Part shown: positions 40,012 to 49,360 of the stretch, piece by piece
Layout: every line of letters starts with the position of its first letter
Position numbering within the stretch: the stretch's first letter is position 1
Virus record (IMG/VR): IMGVR_UViG_3300033143_001219
Location: 17,106 to 81,105 of that record
DNA: 64,000 bases
Strand: one strand, 5' to 3'
Source of the DNA: a virus
The notes under the pieces: model-generated
What the model saw: only the letters and a program-made list of their open reading frames with translations
The model's database searches: none
What the model was told of the DNA's origin: nothing
Position numbers and translations under genes: made by a program

Positions 40012-40587
40012 AGTTATTTCTCCTTTGTTTACAGTAGTATCCAGATCTGTATCTGGTAACTGTATATTATCATTGTTGAATAAGTTTTTAAACTCATTAT
40101 ATTCTTCTTCATCTTTAAAAGATTTTTTCACAGAAAATATAGATTCGGCATTTGCTGGAATACTAACTACTGATAGTTCATATAGTTCGAGATCTTTTAT
40201 TACAAAGATATCGGTGTCAGTGTCATAGTCGGCATCTTTGACTCTAAACCCTACTGAAAAAGCTTTTAGTACTCCTTCTTTTACTAGGTTATAAACGTCA
40301 CCAGCAGACTTGCTGATTTCGGCTATAACTCGTAAACCTTTATTATTTACGCTATAATCTGTTACCTCTCCAATAGGTTTTTCGTGATTATGAAAAGCAA
40401 GAACAATAGGATTTAGTAGATAATTATCCATCCCACCCTTAGTCCATGCTTCTTCAAGTATTACATCACCTACCCTATCTTTGTTTGTAGTATTTGCGTA
40501 ACCTTCGATCGTGATAGTTTCTTTATCATCACTAACAGACTTAACTCTAAAAATAGAAGTTAGCTGCATATTTTTATTCATTTCCAT
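38647..40587 (-). CDS. Prohead protease fused in frame to HK97-fold major capsid protein
   Basis: N-terminal IEGYA, DRVGD, AFHNH, FSVGF and ELSVVSIPAN (HK97 protease); C-terminal coiled-coil delta domain and capsid motifs (LLRGN, GSVNGSPVVVSD). Confidence 0.92.
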   Translation of the reverse strand: MEMNKNMQLTSIFRVKSVSDDKETITIEGYANTTNKDRVGDVILEEAWTKGGMDNYLLNPIVLAFHNHEKPIGEVTDYSVNNKGLRVIAEISKSAGDVYNLVKEGVLKAFSVGFRVKDADYDTDTDIFVIKDLELYELSVVSIPANAESIFSVKKSFKDEEEYNEFKNLFNNDNIQLPDTDLDTTVNKGEITVSKDTINLTPEEVKKLETKAIEKAFAEKEAADKKKAEIATLAAEAGTSGAERLVKELEARLEAKDQTIAESLKALETDLKEKQDEIIALTTSKMRFDDNRSNKQVAQDEIDKFVLTSKIMGKSIVELDSYKAYIEKIGDHLGGMDSGGAGDGSDWETLFSTNLYQDMQDKLILEPMFSNRVKMTSRTLVFPYNPEAGHASWVADTAYKSTNGDSSGVARTHTPADNLLKAEKLASKEYLGYEEEEDSIIAIAPIVRNAIVRRMARTTDTELLRGNAGVETIAGQTGLALISGVATLATDNGSSFTQDGTFGSNNPITVADLQSTRRQMGPYGLNPSDVVYIVSEGAYYDLLEDPDFRTSDLVGDKATILRGQIGSVNGSPVVVSDSFAVPAVGTVAAVALNSANFLFGELRGMMVERDRDIANQKNLLVATRRFAFSELIPGAKSSSALIYPAS

Positions 40588-41770
40588 TATCGGAATCCTC
40601 TTTTTTAGGTGCTCCACCTTCTCCTGCATCTAAAGCTGATCCAGCTATGTTTGCGGGTAAGATTAAGTCATCTGCAAATTCAGAATCTGAATCTTCGTAG
40701 CGTAATTCCGCCCTAGCTTCATTTCTTGATATAATACCAGCGTTAACTAAAGTACTATAGTAATTTGCAGAATCTCTAAGTTCCGGTCTCAGTGCTAATA
40801 CATTTTGCGATATAGGTTTTATATCATAACCAAAGAAATATTCTAAACTTTGTATGGTCTTATTAACTAAGGGCATAACTGTGTTTATATAAAACATTCT
40901 TAAGTTTGGGTTTATATTTGCGTTGTTCCCAGAATCTAGTAATAGTGGAGGTACTCCTAAAGCTTTAAGTATTGCTTGCTCTTGTATTTTAATACTTTCC
41001 GAGAAATCAAGTTCTTTAAAGTTATACTTAGATAAGGATTCCACTGAGAAATCTCCATCTAATACCATAGGTCTCTTTCCACCCCTACGTGGGTTATATT
41101 TTGACATCCATTGGTGAACTATTCTATCCTTAACTCTCTGCGAAAGAGGATTAGGGGTTTTAAGAATAATACCCGGTATTGCTGAGTTGTCAAAAAAGTT
41201 CTTTTGAAAATCATTCATGCTCATTAATAGGTTAATATTTGATTTAGCGGAGTCTAATCTAGATTTTCCTTCGTAGATCGAATCTCCGGAATTATCTTTG
41301 ATATGTATTACTTCATTTGGTTTAAATGTAGTATTTCCATATCTAAATCCTTTTATGTATGTTTTTTTGTCCGTAATAATTTCAGTCTTCAAAGCTGGAA
41401 GATTGTACATAAATACACCATCATAGTATATAAACGCATCACCTTCTAGTATTAAATCTGTATATATATTCCTAAAGAATACATCTGCACTATGATACGG
41501 ATTAGGTCTAAATGTAAGTAACTGAGTTAGTTTCTTCTTTCGTATCCGTGTTTCTGAAGTAAACCAATCCTGTATTTCACCTACATCCATCTTGATATCA
41601 GCACATGCGTCTATAATTAAATCTACACCTCTACTGACAGTTCCAACTGTATTATAAGCCTTTTGATTATTATAATGATCTCTAGATGGAGATACTGTAT
41701 CTCCAAAATCATCTGATATTTCGGGCTGAGCTGGGTTAATTTTTTCTCTTATTTTATCCCATATATTCAT
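40574..41770 (-). CDS. Portal protein (HK97 family, T5 pb7-like)
   Basis: EKINPAQ, RPNP, EVIHIKD, LGVPP and NEAR motifs. Confidence 0.93.
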   Translation of the reverse strand: MNIWDKIREKINPAQPEISDDFGDTVSPSRDHYNNQKAYNTVGTVSRGVDLIIDACADIKMDVGEIQDWFTSETRIRKKKLTQLLTFRPNPYHSADVFFRNIYTDLILEGDAFIYYDGVFMYNLPALKTEIITDKKTYIKGFRYGNTTFKPNEVIHIKDNSGDSIYEGKSRLDSAKSNINLLMSMNDFQKNFFDNSAIPGIILKTPNPLSQRVKDRIVHQWMSKYNPRRGGKRPMVLDGDFSVESLSKYNFKELDFSESIKIQEQAILKALGVPPLLLDSGNNANINPNLRMFYINTVMPLVNKTIQSLEYFFGYDIKPISQNVLALRPELRDSANYYSTLVNAGIISRNEARAELRYEDSDSEFADDLILPANIAGSALDAGEGGAPKKEDSDNGNE

Positions 41771-41782
41771 GTGTTTACCCTT

Positions 41783-41809
41783 AAAGTAAGTAGCCCCTTT
41801 CGAGGCTAC
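41783..41809 (-). terminator. Terminator/hairpin after the 260-aa gene
   Basis: GTAGCCTC-GAAA-GGGGCTAC followed by TTACTTT. Confidence 0.65.
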
Positions 41810-41825
41810 CCATATCCATAAACTA

Positions 41826-42608
41826 TTAAGCTGATGGTAAGAACGCTAATGCTGTTCCTTGACCTTCTCTTAATAATTCCCAAGCTGCGCCGTCCCATCT
41901 AAATTCAGCACTCATACCTATTTCACCAGTAGTGAACAATGCTTCTACGGAAGCTGTTCCTGCGTCTGCTAAATGACCAACTAATGTTGGTGTGTCAGAA
42001 CCTGCTGCTGCTTTGATAACTACTAGTACTGTATCGCCTACACTATTTCCGTCGTCTACAACATAGTACTCTTTATCTTGCGTACTACCTGTAGTATCAA
42101 TTGAAGAGTATTTATAGTTACCAGATACAACTTTTGCTGCTCTACCTAAAGATGCAGTTACTGGTTGAGTTAAAGTTGTAATATCCGCTGTCCCACCTAA
42201 AGTTACTCCATTACCTCTAACTCCTGGGTAGAATGTTAACGTTAATGTAGCTGTTGTGAAATCACAACCTACTGCATCTACAGGATATAAATAACCCCAT
42301 GCACCAGTAGTTTCTGTTTCTGCTAAAACCTGAGCTTCTAAACTAGCTCCTGCTGTTGCTAAGTCAGTGATAGCTTGAAATAAATGTGGATCTGCTGCAG
42401 TACCTGCTGATGTTCCAGCAGCTTCTGATGCACCCGCTTGCGCTTCAAATACATAATCACCAATAATTACTGTTTCACCAGCTAAAGGGATATCTGTAAA
42501 TAAGATTGAACCTACTGCCAATCTACCTGCGGCACCTACAAATTCTTCTGTACCCATCATAGCATTATAAAGACGTGCTCTTGATTTGTTTTTACTAATA
42601 TTTTTCAT
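41826..42608 (-). CDS. Putative virion structural/decoration protein
   Basis: Ala/Gly/Thr-rich; strong AGGAG RBS; followed by its own hairpin; upstream of portal. Confidence 0.5.
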   Translation of the reverse strand: MKNISKNKSRARLYNAMMGTEEFVGAAGRLAVGSILFTDIPLAGETVIIGDYVFEAQAGASEAAGTSAGTAADPHLFQAITDLATAGASLEAQVLAETETTGAWGYLYPVDAVGCDFTTATLTLTFYPGVRGNGVTLGGTADITTLTQPVTASLGRAAKVVSGNYKYSSIDTTGSTQDKEYYVVDDGNSVGDTVLVVIKAAAGSDTPTLVGHLADAGTASVEALFTTGEIGMSAEFRWDGAAWELLREGQGTALAFLPSA

Positions 42609-42653
42609 TGTTTCTCCTAGTCCTTCTCTACGTTATTATAATTATTGTATAGA

Positions 42654-43025
42654 TTAGTTATTATATTTAAGTTTTTGTTTTTCGCACCAGCGTTCTTGCT
42701 TCGCAGCAGTACTTAATGCCGGTACTTTACCATAGACTTTATGAAGTCTATTCATGTGATGAAACTTACATAATGTAATAGTCTTATTATATATCTCATC
42801 ATGAAATTTTTCTTTAAAGACTTCACGATGTTCTAATATATCATCCACACTATTAATTGTGATTTTTTCATCTTTCTTCCACTTTAACCAAAGCAGAGTC
42901 ATTGAAAAGAAATGATGGAACTGTAATTCTTCTTCTGAGTTGCATATATAACAAGCATTTGCTTTCTTATATGCACCTTTAGCTAAGTCTCTTACATATT
43001 TTATCTCATCTCTTTTTAAATCCAT
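42654..43025 (-). CDS. HNH nicking endonuclease (T5-like, packaging-associated)
   Basis: KYVRD.AK..YKK...CYIC....LQFHH and TLCKFHH..LH motifs. Confidence 0.8.
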   Translation of the reverse strand: MDLKRDEIKYVRDLAKGAYKKANACYICNSEEELQFHHFFSMTLLWLKWKKDEKITINSVDDILEHREVFKEKFHDEIYNKTITLCKFHHMNRLHKVYGKVPALSTAAKQERWCEKQKLKYNN

Positions 43026-43027
43026 TT

Positions 43028-43405
43028 TTACTTTTCCTTATGTATATGTATACTGTCTTTACGTCTAGATTGTTCCCTATCTATTCTATATACTTTTCCA
43101 GATTGCTTATCAATTTTTCGTTCTAATTTATCAATTAAATCAATAAGTCTACCTAGACCTCCGTTATATTCAGCGGTGAGAGTTTCTAATTTAATAACTC
43201 TCTCTAATAAATCAGGTCTTTGTTTAAACTGGGCAACGTCACTTGTTAATGTTGCTGCCCACCAAACTGTAGATACTATATTAACTAGTAATAAACCTAT
43301 AATAGATAGTGATAAACTTTTTGTCTGATGCCAATGTATATCACCAACTATAACTCTTCTTTCTTTACCTTGATATAAGGGTGCTTCATTTTTATCTTTT
43401 GACAT
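43028..43405 (-). CDS. Single-TM coiled-coil membrane protein
   Basis: TM segment SLSIIGLLLVNIVSTVWWA followed by coiled coil. Confidence 0.6.
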   Translation of the reverse strand: MSKDKNEAPLYQGKERRVIVGDIHWHQTKSLSLSIIGLLLVNIVSTVWWAATLTSDVAQFKQRPDLLERVIKLETLTAEYNGGLGRLIDLIDKLERKIDKQSGKVYRIDREQSRRKDSIHIHKEK

Positions 43406-44521
43406 TTATTTTAGTCCTAAGTATTTTGGTAAACTTAGTGCAGCACTTTCTTCCCACACACGTGTGGATGTTACTTGGTCTGCTATTGTAGTTCCCGTAC
43501 TATTATCTGATATTTTCATTCCATCTCGTAAAGCTACTGTTCCATCCGTGTTTCCAGCTTGTAAAACACATAAACCCGATAACACATCTATACATACTAT
43601 AGAATTGGCATCTGTTATGCCTGTTACTTCAAAAGGTCCTGCGTGACCCCTTATTGCACAACTTGCATGTCCATTTACATCTAATACAGGTCTTAAAATA
43701 GACTCTGCTCTAATAGTAAATGATCTAACAATTGTAAATACTCCACCAAGCACATAAGGCCCAGCACCTGCATATCCAAGATTATGAGCCTCTCCCTGTA
43801 AACCTGTCACACCATCGGGGTGCAGATCAACATTTTCAAAACGCATAGTAGTTCCATTTAAATCACCCTTAATACATAGATTTTTAAATACTGTATTTGT
43901 AGTTGAGGAACCCGCAGTTAAGTCTAAAATTGTTGAATTAGAACTAACGGCTTGTACTACATAATTATCAATATTTTCTGCTGCACCTATAGTTAGGTTT
44001 CCAATAATATGTATTACTTTAATACCATAAATATTAGAAATAGCTTTCGTATCTGTTAAATTATTTGAAGGACTACTAGGAGTTCCTGCAGGATAATCAG
44101 TTCCAGATATTCCATTTGCAACATCTATTGTTATTACATCATTAAATGTACCATGATTTAAGAATATAGGATCAATGAAACCAGTAGTATTATTAGTATT
44201 AACACTTACTTGATTTTTTACCTCTACATCTCGAATATTAGTATTACCATTAATAATGTTAACGGAGTATAACCCATCTTCAAATTGTAGTTCATAATAA
44301 TCTTCATTAACTTCTGTAATACTTGGTGTGGAAGAAGTTGCTGATATACGTGAATATATTACAGGAGATACAATACCTTCTGGACTATCTGCATAATCTC
44401 TTAATAGTTGCCAAAATACATCTACTGTTAACTTGTATTTAGTACCTATATCCAATGTTAAATCAGATTTAGGTAATGTTATTAACCAAGGGGTAACTGT
44501 ATAATCAACACTAATTGCCAT
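43406..44521 (-). CDS. Putative virion protein with beta-helix-like C-terminus
   Basis: Starts MAISVD; FEDGLYSVNI..GNTNI.DV..NQVSV motif. Confidence 0.6.
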   Translation of the reverse strand: MAISVDYTVTPWLITLPKSDLTLDIGTKYKLTVDVFWQLLRDYADSPEGIVSPVIYSRISATSSTPSITEVNEDYYELQFEDGLYSVNIINGNTNIRDVEVKNQVSVNTNNTTGFIDPIFLNHGTFNDVITIDVANGISGTDYPAGTPSSPSNNLTDTKAISNIYGIKVIHIIGNLTIGAAENIDNYVVQAVSSNSTILDLTAGSSTTNTVFKNLCIKGDLNGTTMRFENVDLHPDGVTGLQGEAHNLGYAGAGPYVLGGVFTIVRSFTIRAESILRPVLDVNGHASCAIRGHAGPFEVTGITDANSIVCIDVLSGLCVLQAGNTDGTVALRDGMKISDNSTGTTIADQVTSTRVWEESAALSLPKYLGLK

Positions 44522-44720
44522 TTTCCGTACTTCCACCATTGAAGCTTTTAGTTAGCATTAGATTAATCTTATTATTCATTAGACCCAATTTTTCATCTTG
44601 AGTTCTAATTAATGCCTCTAAAAAGTCTACTTTTAATCTTAATTCATCCACAGCTTTTAAAGCCACCATAGTATTGCGCTTTACAACTTCTTCTCTTGCT
44701 TTTGCTATTGCATCATCCAT
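44511..44720 (-). CDS. Small coiled-coil hypothetical protein
   Basis: AAGGA RBS; tight packing with neighbours. Confidence 0.6.
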   Translation of the reverse strand: MDDAIAKAREEVVKRNTMVALKAVDELRLKVDFLEALIRTQDEKLGLMNNKINLMLTKSFNGGSTENGN

Positions 44721-44729
44721 ATTATTTCC

Positions 44730-46574
44730 TTATTCGTCTGAGATCATTACTGCCGTTGAACTATATCCTGTAGAACTAGATATTATTCCAGTTAATACAC
44801 CCTCTTGTAAGAATGGTGATGCACTTGATTTTCTAGTCCAACCAACTACAGGTTGATCAGATGCATAAACTCTAGATGTACTTATTTCACCATTTACATC
44901 TGTTAATCCAGTTAATGCTACAAATGTAGACTTAATTGTACCAGTTGGTGAAACCCCGGGTGTTGAATTCATAGTATATGTATATTCATTAGTATTAGTT
45001 ACTGTTATTTGCCAAACACCTCTATTAGCAGATACATCACCTTGTGTTATCTGTACATAATCATTAGTAGACATAGAATGTCCTGTATGTGCTACAGTAG
45101 CCGTAGTTCCTGAATTTGATATTGTTACAGTTGCATTATATGGAAAAGGTCCTGTACCATCGGAGGCTCTTAATAATACTCTAGCTGATTGTATACCTGT
45201 ACCTGTATTACTAGCAGCTTTAGCTAACACTGTTACTGTTCCTGATACTATGCTAGTTGTAGCACTAGTACCATTTAAATATGTTGGAGTTGATGCACCA
45301 TTAATTACGTTAATTGTTACTGCACCACCACTGTTATTGTATATAGTTGCATCAGTTGTACCAGTTGTACCATATCCACTCTCTGTATTTGCATCCCAAT
45401 TATAACTGCCAGCCGTTGTTATTGTTACAGCATGCCCAGTACCTGCTGAAGTAAATGATGTACCTGTTACATTAGACATACTAGCTGTAGTTATTGCTGA
45501 TGTTGCCGTACTACTATCTATAGTACATCCATCTAATGTTCCTGTTAATGTAATTAAATCACACTGATTAAAACTGCTTCCTGTTATATCATTAGCTATA
45601 GTAGAGGTCCCACCGGACTGGAATACTATACCACTCATTGTTTGCCCAGATGCTGTTGTTAGTGTATTAAAACCACCAAGTGAACCACCTGTCATTGTGA
45701 AAGCAGTAGCGCCGGATGCATCAAAATTAAAATCTACAGCTCCGGAATTATTAATTATTGAGTTAGTTAAAGTTACTGTTCCAGTAATATCACATTGATA
45801 AGTATAAGTACCACCTAATGTATCAGTAAATACAAGTGTTTCAGCAATAGATGTTTGAGCAGTACCACTAAATTCAATACTACCTTGAGAAAATATAATA
45901 CCATTAGATTCTGAAAGAATACCTATAGCTGTTGTACTATCAGCCACTTGAGACTCAGAAAATAATAAATCACTAGCTGTGGTTCCTTGAAATGTTAAAC
46001 CATCACCAACTTCCATCGCGTCAACAACAAAATTATCAAATCTAGCTGTTGTACCACCAACATCAGTAACAAAACCAATCTCAGTAATATCCCCTAAATC
46101 TGCAGCTGTTCCACTATTTTCACTCTCTGTAATTCCTGTAAATGCAGCCCATTTTTGAAAGCCACCAGAATAGTCATCACTACCAGCCACATTCCAGTAA
46201 GAAATATTTGTACCATCACCTAAATAAATCTGTAAACCACCATTGGCTTTTGTAAATGCAGAACCTGCCGCTAAAAACGCCGCCCAGATATAAATAATTC
46301 CATCAGGTATAGCAGTTGCTCCTGCTCCTGTAGTACCTGTAGTAAAATCAAATCCAGCTGTTTCAGTAAAAATTATAGCTACGCGTTGCTTATTAGTACG
46401 AGCAGCTCTAGCATCACTACCTTCAGCAACTAAATCAATAGTGCCTACGGAGGCAAGTAGAGTCGGTGCACCACCGGCTCCCTCTAGTTTAATAGCAGAC
46501 CAATTGGTTGCTGTATCAGCTGTATCTACCCTTGAAACAGTGTAGGTACCCCCCGTATTAATAGTAATAGCCAT
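44730..46574 (-). CDS. Putative virion fibre/spike protein (lectin-like + beta-helix)
   Basis: Thr/Gly/Ser-rich with beta-helix-like repeats. Confidence 0.6.
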   Translation of the reverse strand: MAITINTGGTYTVSRVDTADTATNWSAIKLEGAGGAPTLLASVGTIDLVAEGSDARAARTNKQRVAIIFTETAGFDFTTGTTGAGATAIPDGIIYIWAAFLAAGSAFTKANGGLQIYLGDGTNISYWNVAGSDDYSGGFQKWAAFTGITESENSGTAADLGDITEIGFVTDVGGTTARFDNFVVDAMEVGDGLTFQGTTASDLLFSESQVADSTTAIGILSESNGIIFSQGSIEFSGTAQTSIAETLVFTDTLGGTYTYQCDITGTVTLTNSIINNSGAVDFNFDASGATAFTMTGGSLGGFNTLTTASGQTMSGIVFQSGGTSTIANDITGSSFNQCDLITLTGTLDGCTIDSSTATSAITTASMSNVTGTSFTSAGTGHAVTITTAGSYNWDANTESGYGTTGTTDATIYNNSGGAVTINVINGASTPTYLNGTSATTSIVSGTVTVLAKAASNTGTGIQSARVLLRASDGTGPFPYNATVTISNSGTTATVAHTGHSMSTNDYVQITQGDVSANRGVWQITVTNTNEYTYTMNSTPGVSPTGTIKSTFVALTGLTDVNGEISTSRVYASDQPVVGWTRKSSASPFLQEGVLTGIISSSTGYSSTAVMISDE

Positions 46575-46577
46575 TTT

Positions 46578-48458
46578 TTAAGCATCCACTGTTCTAATCG
46601 CGTTAGATGAACCACCTGTATTTGTTAGTGTACCTGTAGTAATGTACTCCTTAATAGGAGTTCCACCACCGTCTCTAACTTTAATAACTAAAGTTCTATC
46701 TGCGTCATATACTCCAATAAATGAATGTGAAGTATTATATGTATAAGTATCTCCTGTTCCCGTGCCTGGGCCAGAAGCTGTAAATATTGTACCTGGGTCA
46801 CTATTTGCTGCACCAATTAAAGTGAAATCAGTAGTACCCGTAGTTTGGATTACATATGTTGTACCATTTACACAACCTGTAGCCACAACCGTTGTACCTA
46901 CAGATATTTGATCTAAGTATGAAATAAATACATTCTTAGGTGTACCTGAACCATCTGAAGGATCTGCAGAGAAATTCTCTGATGTAATTGTATATGTACT
47001 ACCAGTATAAGAAGTATAATCACATATACGGTACTTACCACTATTATTTTCTACTCGAATAGTTCCTGCGTTAGGAGTATCTGTAGGGATAGCTGTATCC
47101 ATTACAATGGACGTTACGGCTGCGCCGTTAAGTAATACGCTTTGTGTATCTTGATTATAATCTACTTCTGGGTTACCATCTGCATCTGTTGCAGTACCAT
47201 CCCAAGGACCAACAATAACATAATCTTCATTATGTATTAAACCACCAACTGTAAATGTTACATTATTTGGTGGTTGGTACGTAGCATCATCTAAGGCTTT
47301 TAGTAGATCACTGTTACTTAAATCAGCGTATTCAATACCAAAACCATATGCACCAATCAATGCTGAACCAGTAGAGTTACCACAGAATGGTGCATTAATA
47401 CTTCTTTCTGTTGCTCCAGATACAGCAAATACTGCTGCAGCCGCACCAGTAACATTACCAGTAGTTGGTGCTACACCCGTTAATACTTGTATCCATAGCT
47501 TAGTGGCAGCAGATGTACTATCTACTGCAAAAATTTGTCCTGAACCACCAGTCCATGTACAACTCTCAGGTTCTACAAATGTTCCTGATGATTGTGTACC
47601 ATCTAATTGATGGGTAATACCACGGAATACTTCACCATTTAATCCATATAGAGATTCAGTGCTACCATCTTCAGTTAAGTACTTCATACGCTCGTAGAAT
47701 TGATTAATTGTATAGGTATCACGATTCCATTCTGAATAGTAAAATTCATTAGTAGTATCATTGTTAACATCAATAGGTCTATAACCTTCTGTGTTTGTAA
47801 TTGTAGTCCATGTTGCAACGGTTGCTGATGCGGTTGCGTTGTTCAAATCATCTGAGTCAGCTAAGGCTAATACGTTATTACCTGACGCAGTTCCGTTAAT
47901 CTTGAACTCACCATAAGTATTTAAATACGTACGATTAGTACCAATAAGTCTACGACCATCAGTGTCTGTACCCGCATTAATTGTTTGAATTAAAAATCTA
48001 TGAGATATACCCGCTGTAGCGTCTGCATTTAGACCACCACCAGCTGCTAAATTCCACCAATCATCAGCAATTACTGCTCCGTTTTGTTGAATCTGAATGT
48101 ATACTGTTGAGTTACCAAAGTTTACAATACCATCCCAACGTGTTCCATCAGAACTTTGTACTATAGTACCATCATATAAATGTTCAATACCTGCAGCTGT
48201 AATAGTTACATCTGAAGTTAAAGTTATAATGTTATCTGTTGAACGTAATGATGGATTCAAGTTGATGATATCAATTTCATCATCACCAGTATATTCATCA
48301 TCATCGGCTAAACCTTGTAGCCATCTGTGTAATTCAATTACTGTAATATAGTTGGGTGTAGTTCCACCATAACGAATATGATCGTCACCAATATAATCAA
48401 TTGCACCACCGCCTGTTGCGTTACGTGTAAAGGTCCAATCTGCTGCTACAATAGCCAT
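46578..48458 (-). CDS. Putative virion structural protein
   Basis: TVIELHRWLQGLADD...PS.RSTDNIITL N-terminus; Thr/Gly-rich; AGGAG RBS. Confidence 0.6.
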   Translation of the reverse strand: MAIVAADWTFTRNATGGGAIDYIGDDHIRYGGTTPNYITVIELHRWLQGLADDDEYTGDDEIDIINLNPSLRSTDNIITLTSDVTITAAGIEHLYDGTIVQSSDGTRWDGIVNFGNSTVYIQIQQNGAVIADDWWNLAAGGGLNADATAGISHRFLIQTINAGTDTDGRRLIGTNRTYLNTYGEFKINGTASGNNVLALADSDDLNNATASATVATWTTITNTEGYRPIDVNNDTTNEFYYSEWNRDTYTINQFYERMKYLTEDGSTESLYGLNGEVFRGITHQLDGTQSSGTFVEPESCTWTGGSGQIFAVDSTSAATKLWIQVLTGVAPTTGNVTGAAAAVFAVSGATERSINAPFCGNSTGSALIGAYGFGIEYADLSNSDLLKALDDATYQPPNNVTFTVGGLIHNEDYVIVGPWDGTATDADGNPEVDYNQDTQSVLLNGAAVTSIVMDTAIPTDTPNAGTIRVENNSGKYRICDYTSYTGSTYTITSENFSADPSDGSGTPKNVFISYLDQISVGTTVVATGCVNGTTYVIQTTGTTDFTLIGAANSDPGTIFTASGPGTGTGDTYTYNTSHSFIGVYDADRTLVIKVRDGGGTPIKEYITTGTLTNTGGSSNAIRTVDA

Positions 48459-48470
48459 TTATTTATTCTC

Positions 48471-49346
48471 CTAATAATTATAAGTATATGTTAGTCTATC
48501 ATCCCAGACTTTATTAAAGGTGTCAGTTCCATCTGCCCATGTTTCAACTACATCATTATCCGATGCAGCTATAGTAATTTTTCGTATTCTCCATACGCTG
48601 GCACTATTTAAAGTGCCCGGTATTGCTTCTGCACGATATAACAAATTATCAGTTATAAAATCTACTCTTTTCTCGTACATTATTTCATCCTCTGCGGGTA
48701 GTCCTATTGGGCCTGCTATCCCTACTCTTCCTTCCGTACCAAAACTTATATGTATATCACTAACACCAATATTTGCTGTGGGACTTGGATTATTTGTAGA
48801 ACTTACTCGTTTTAATTTAATATGCATTGTATACGTATCATTGATTAAATATACAGCTCTATCTAACTCTACAGCTGCATGAGTATCTACAAAAGCAGTT
48901 GCTAGTAAAGGTAGATCATTTGCATATACTATTCCTGTATAGTCATACGAATGATCTGCATTATGTACTGTAATATGTATTTCCCAAGAAGTATCATAGC
49001 CACCAGTATTAGTTGCAACAGAGAAAAATGTTCCTTCAAATTTAGGGTTAACACCTCTATCAATATCTACAGGTATTGTCCACATCGTATATAATTCATC
49101 ATCTATACCAAAGGCTTCATATATAACATTTTCGTTAATACCAGTTGAGGTTTTAGATCCACCAGAACCACTACCAATAAATGCTAATGCTTCACTTGCT
49201 GTATTAAATCCAGTAGGTGGCCCAGCTGGGCCTTGCATACCCTCAGATATTACGTAAGTATAGTCAGCTGTATTATCAATATGATTAACAATGTTCTGGA
49301 TAACAATATCTGTTTTTAAATCTTTGTTTTCTATATAAGTTGCGAT
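48471..49346 (-). CDS. Putative virion protein with short collagen-like motifs; start uncertain (ATC at 49346 or ATG at 49238)
   Basis: QGPAGPP and AGPIGLP; C-terminal YRAEA.PG...WRIRKI...VWDDR; frame open upstream to 49364. Confidence 0.6.
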   Translation of the reverse strand: MATYIENKDLKTDIVIQNIVNHIDNTADYTYVISEGMQGPAGPPTGFNTASEALAFIGSGSGGSKTSTGINENVIYEAFGIDDELYTMWTIPVDIDRGVNPKFEGTFFSVATNTGGYDTSWEIHITVHNADHSYDYTGIVYANDLPLLATAFVDTHAAVELDRAVYLINDTYTMHIKLKRVSSTNNPSPTANIGVSDIHISFGTEGRVGIAGPIGLPAEDEIMYEKRVDFITDNLLYRAEAIPGTLNSASVWRIRKITIAASDNDVVETWADGTDTFNKVWDDRLTYTYNY

Positions 49347-49360
49347 ATTATGTACCCCTG

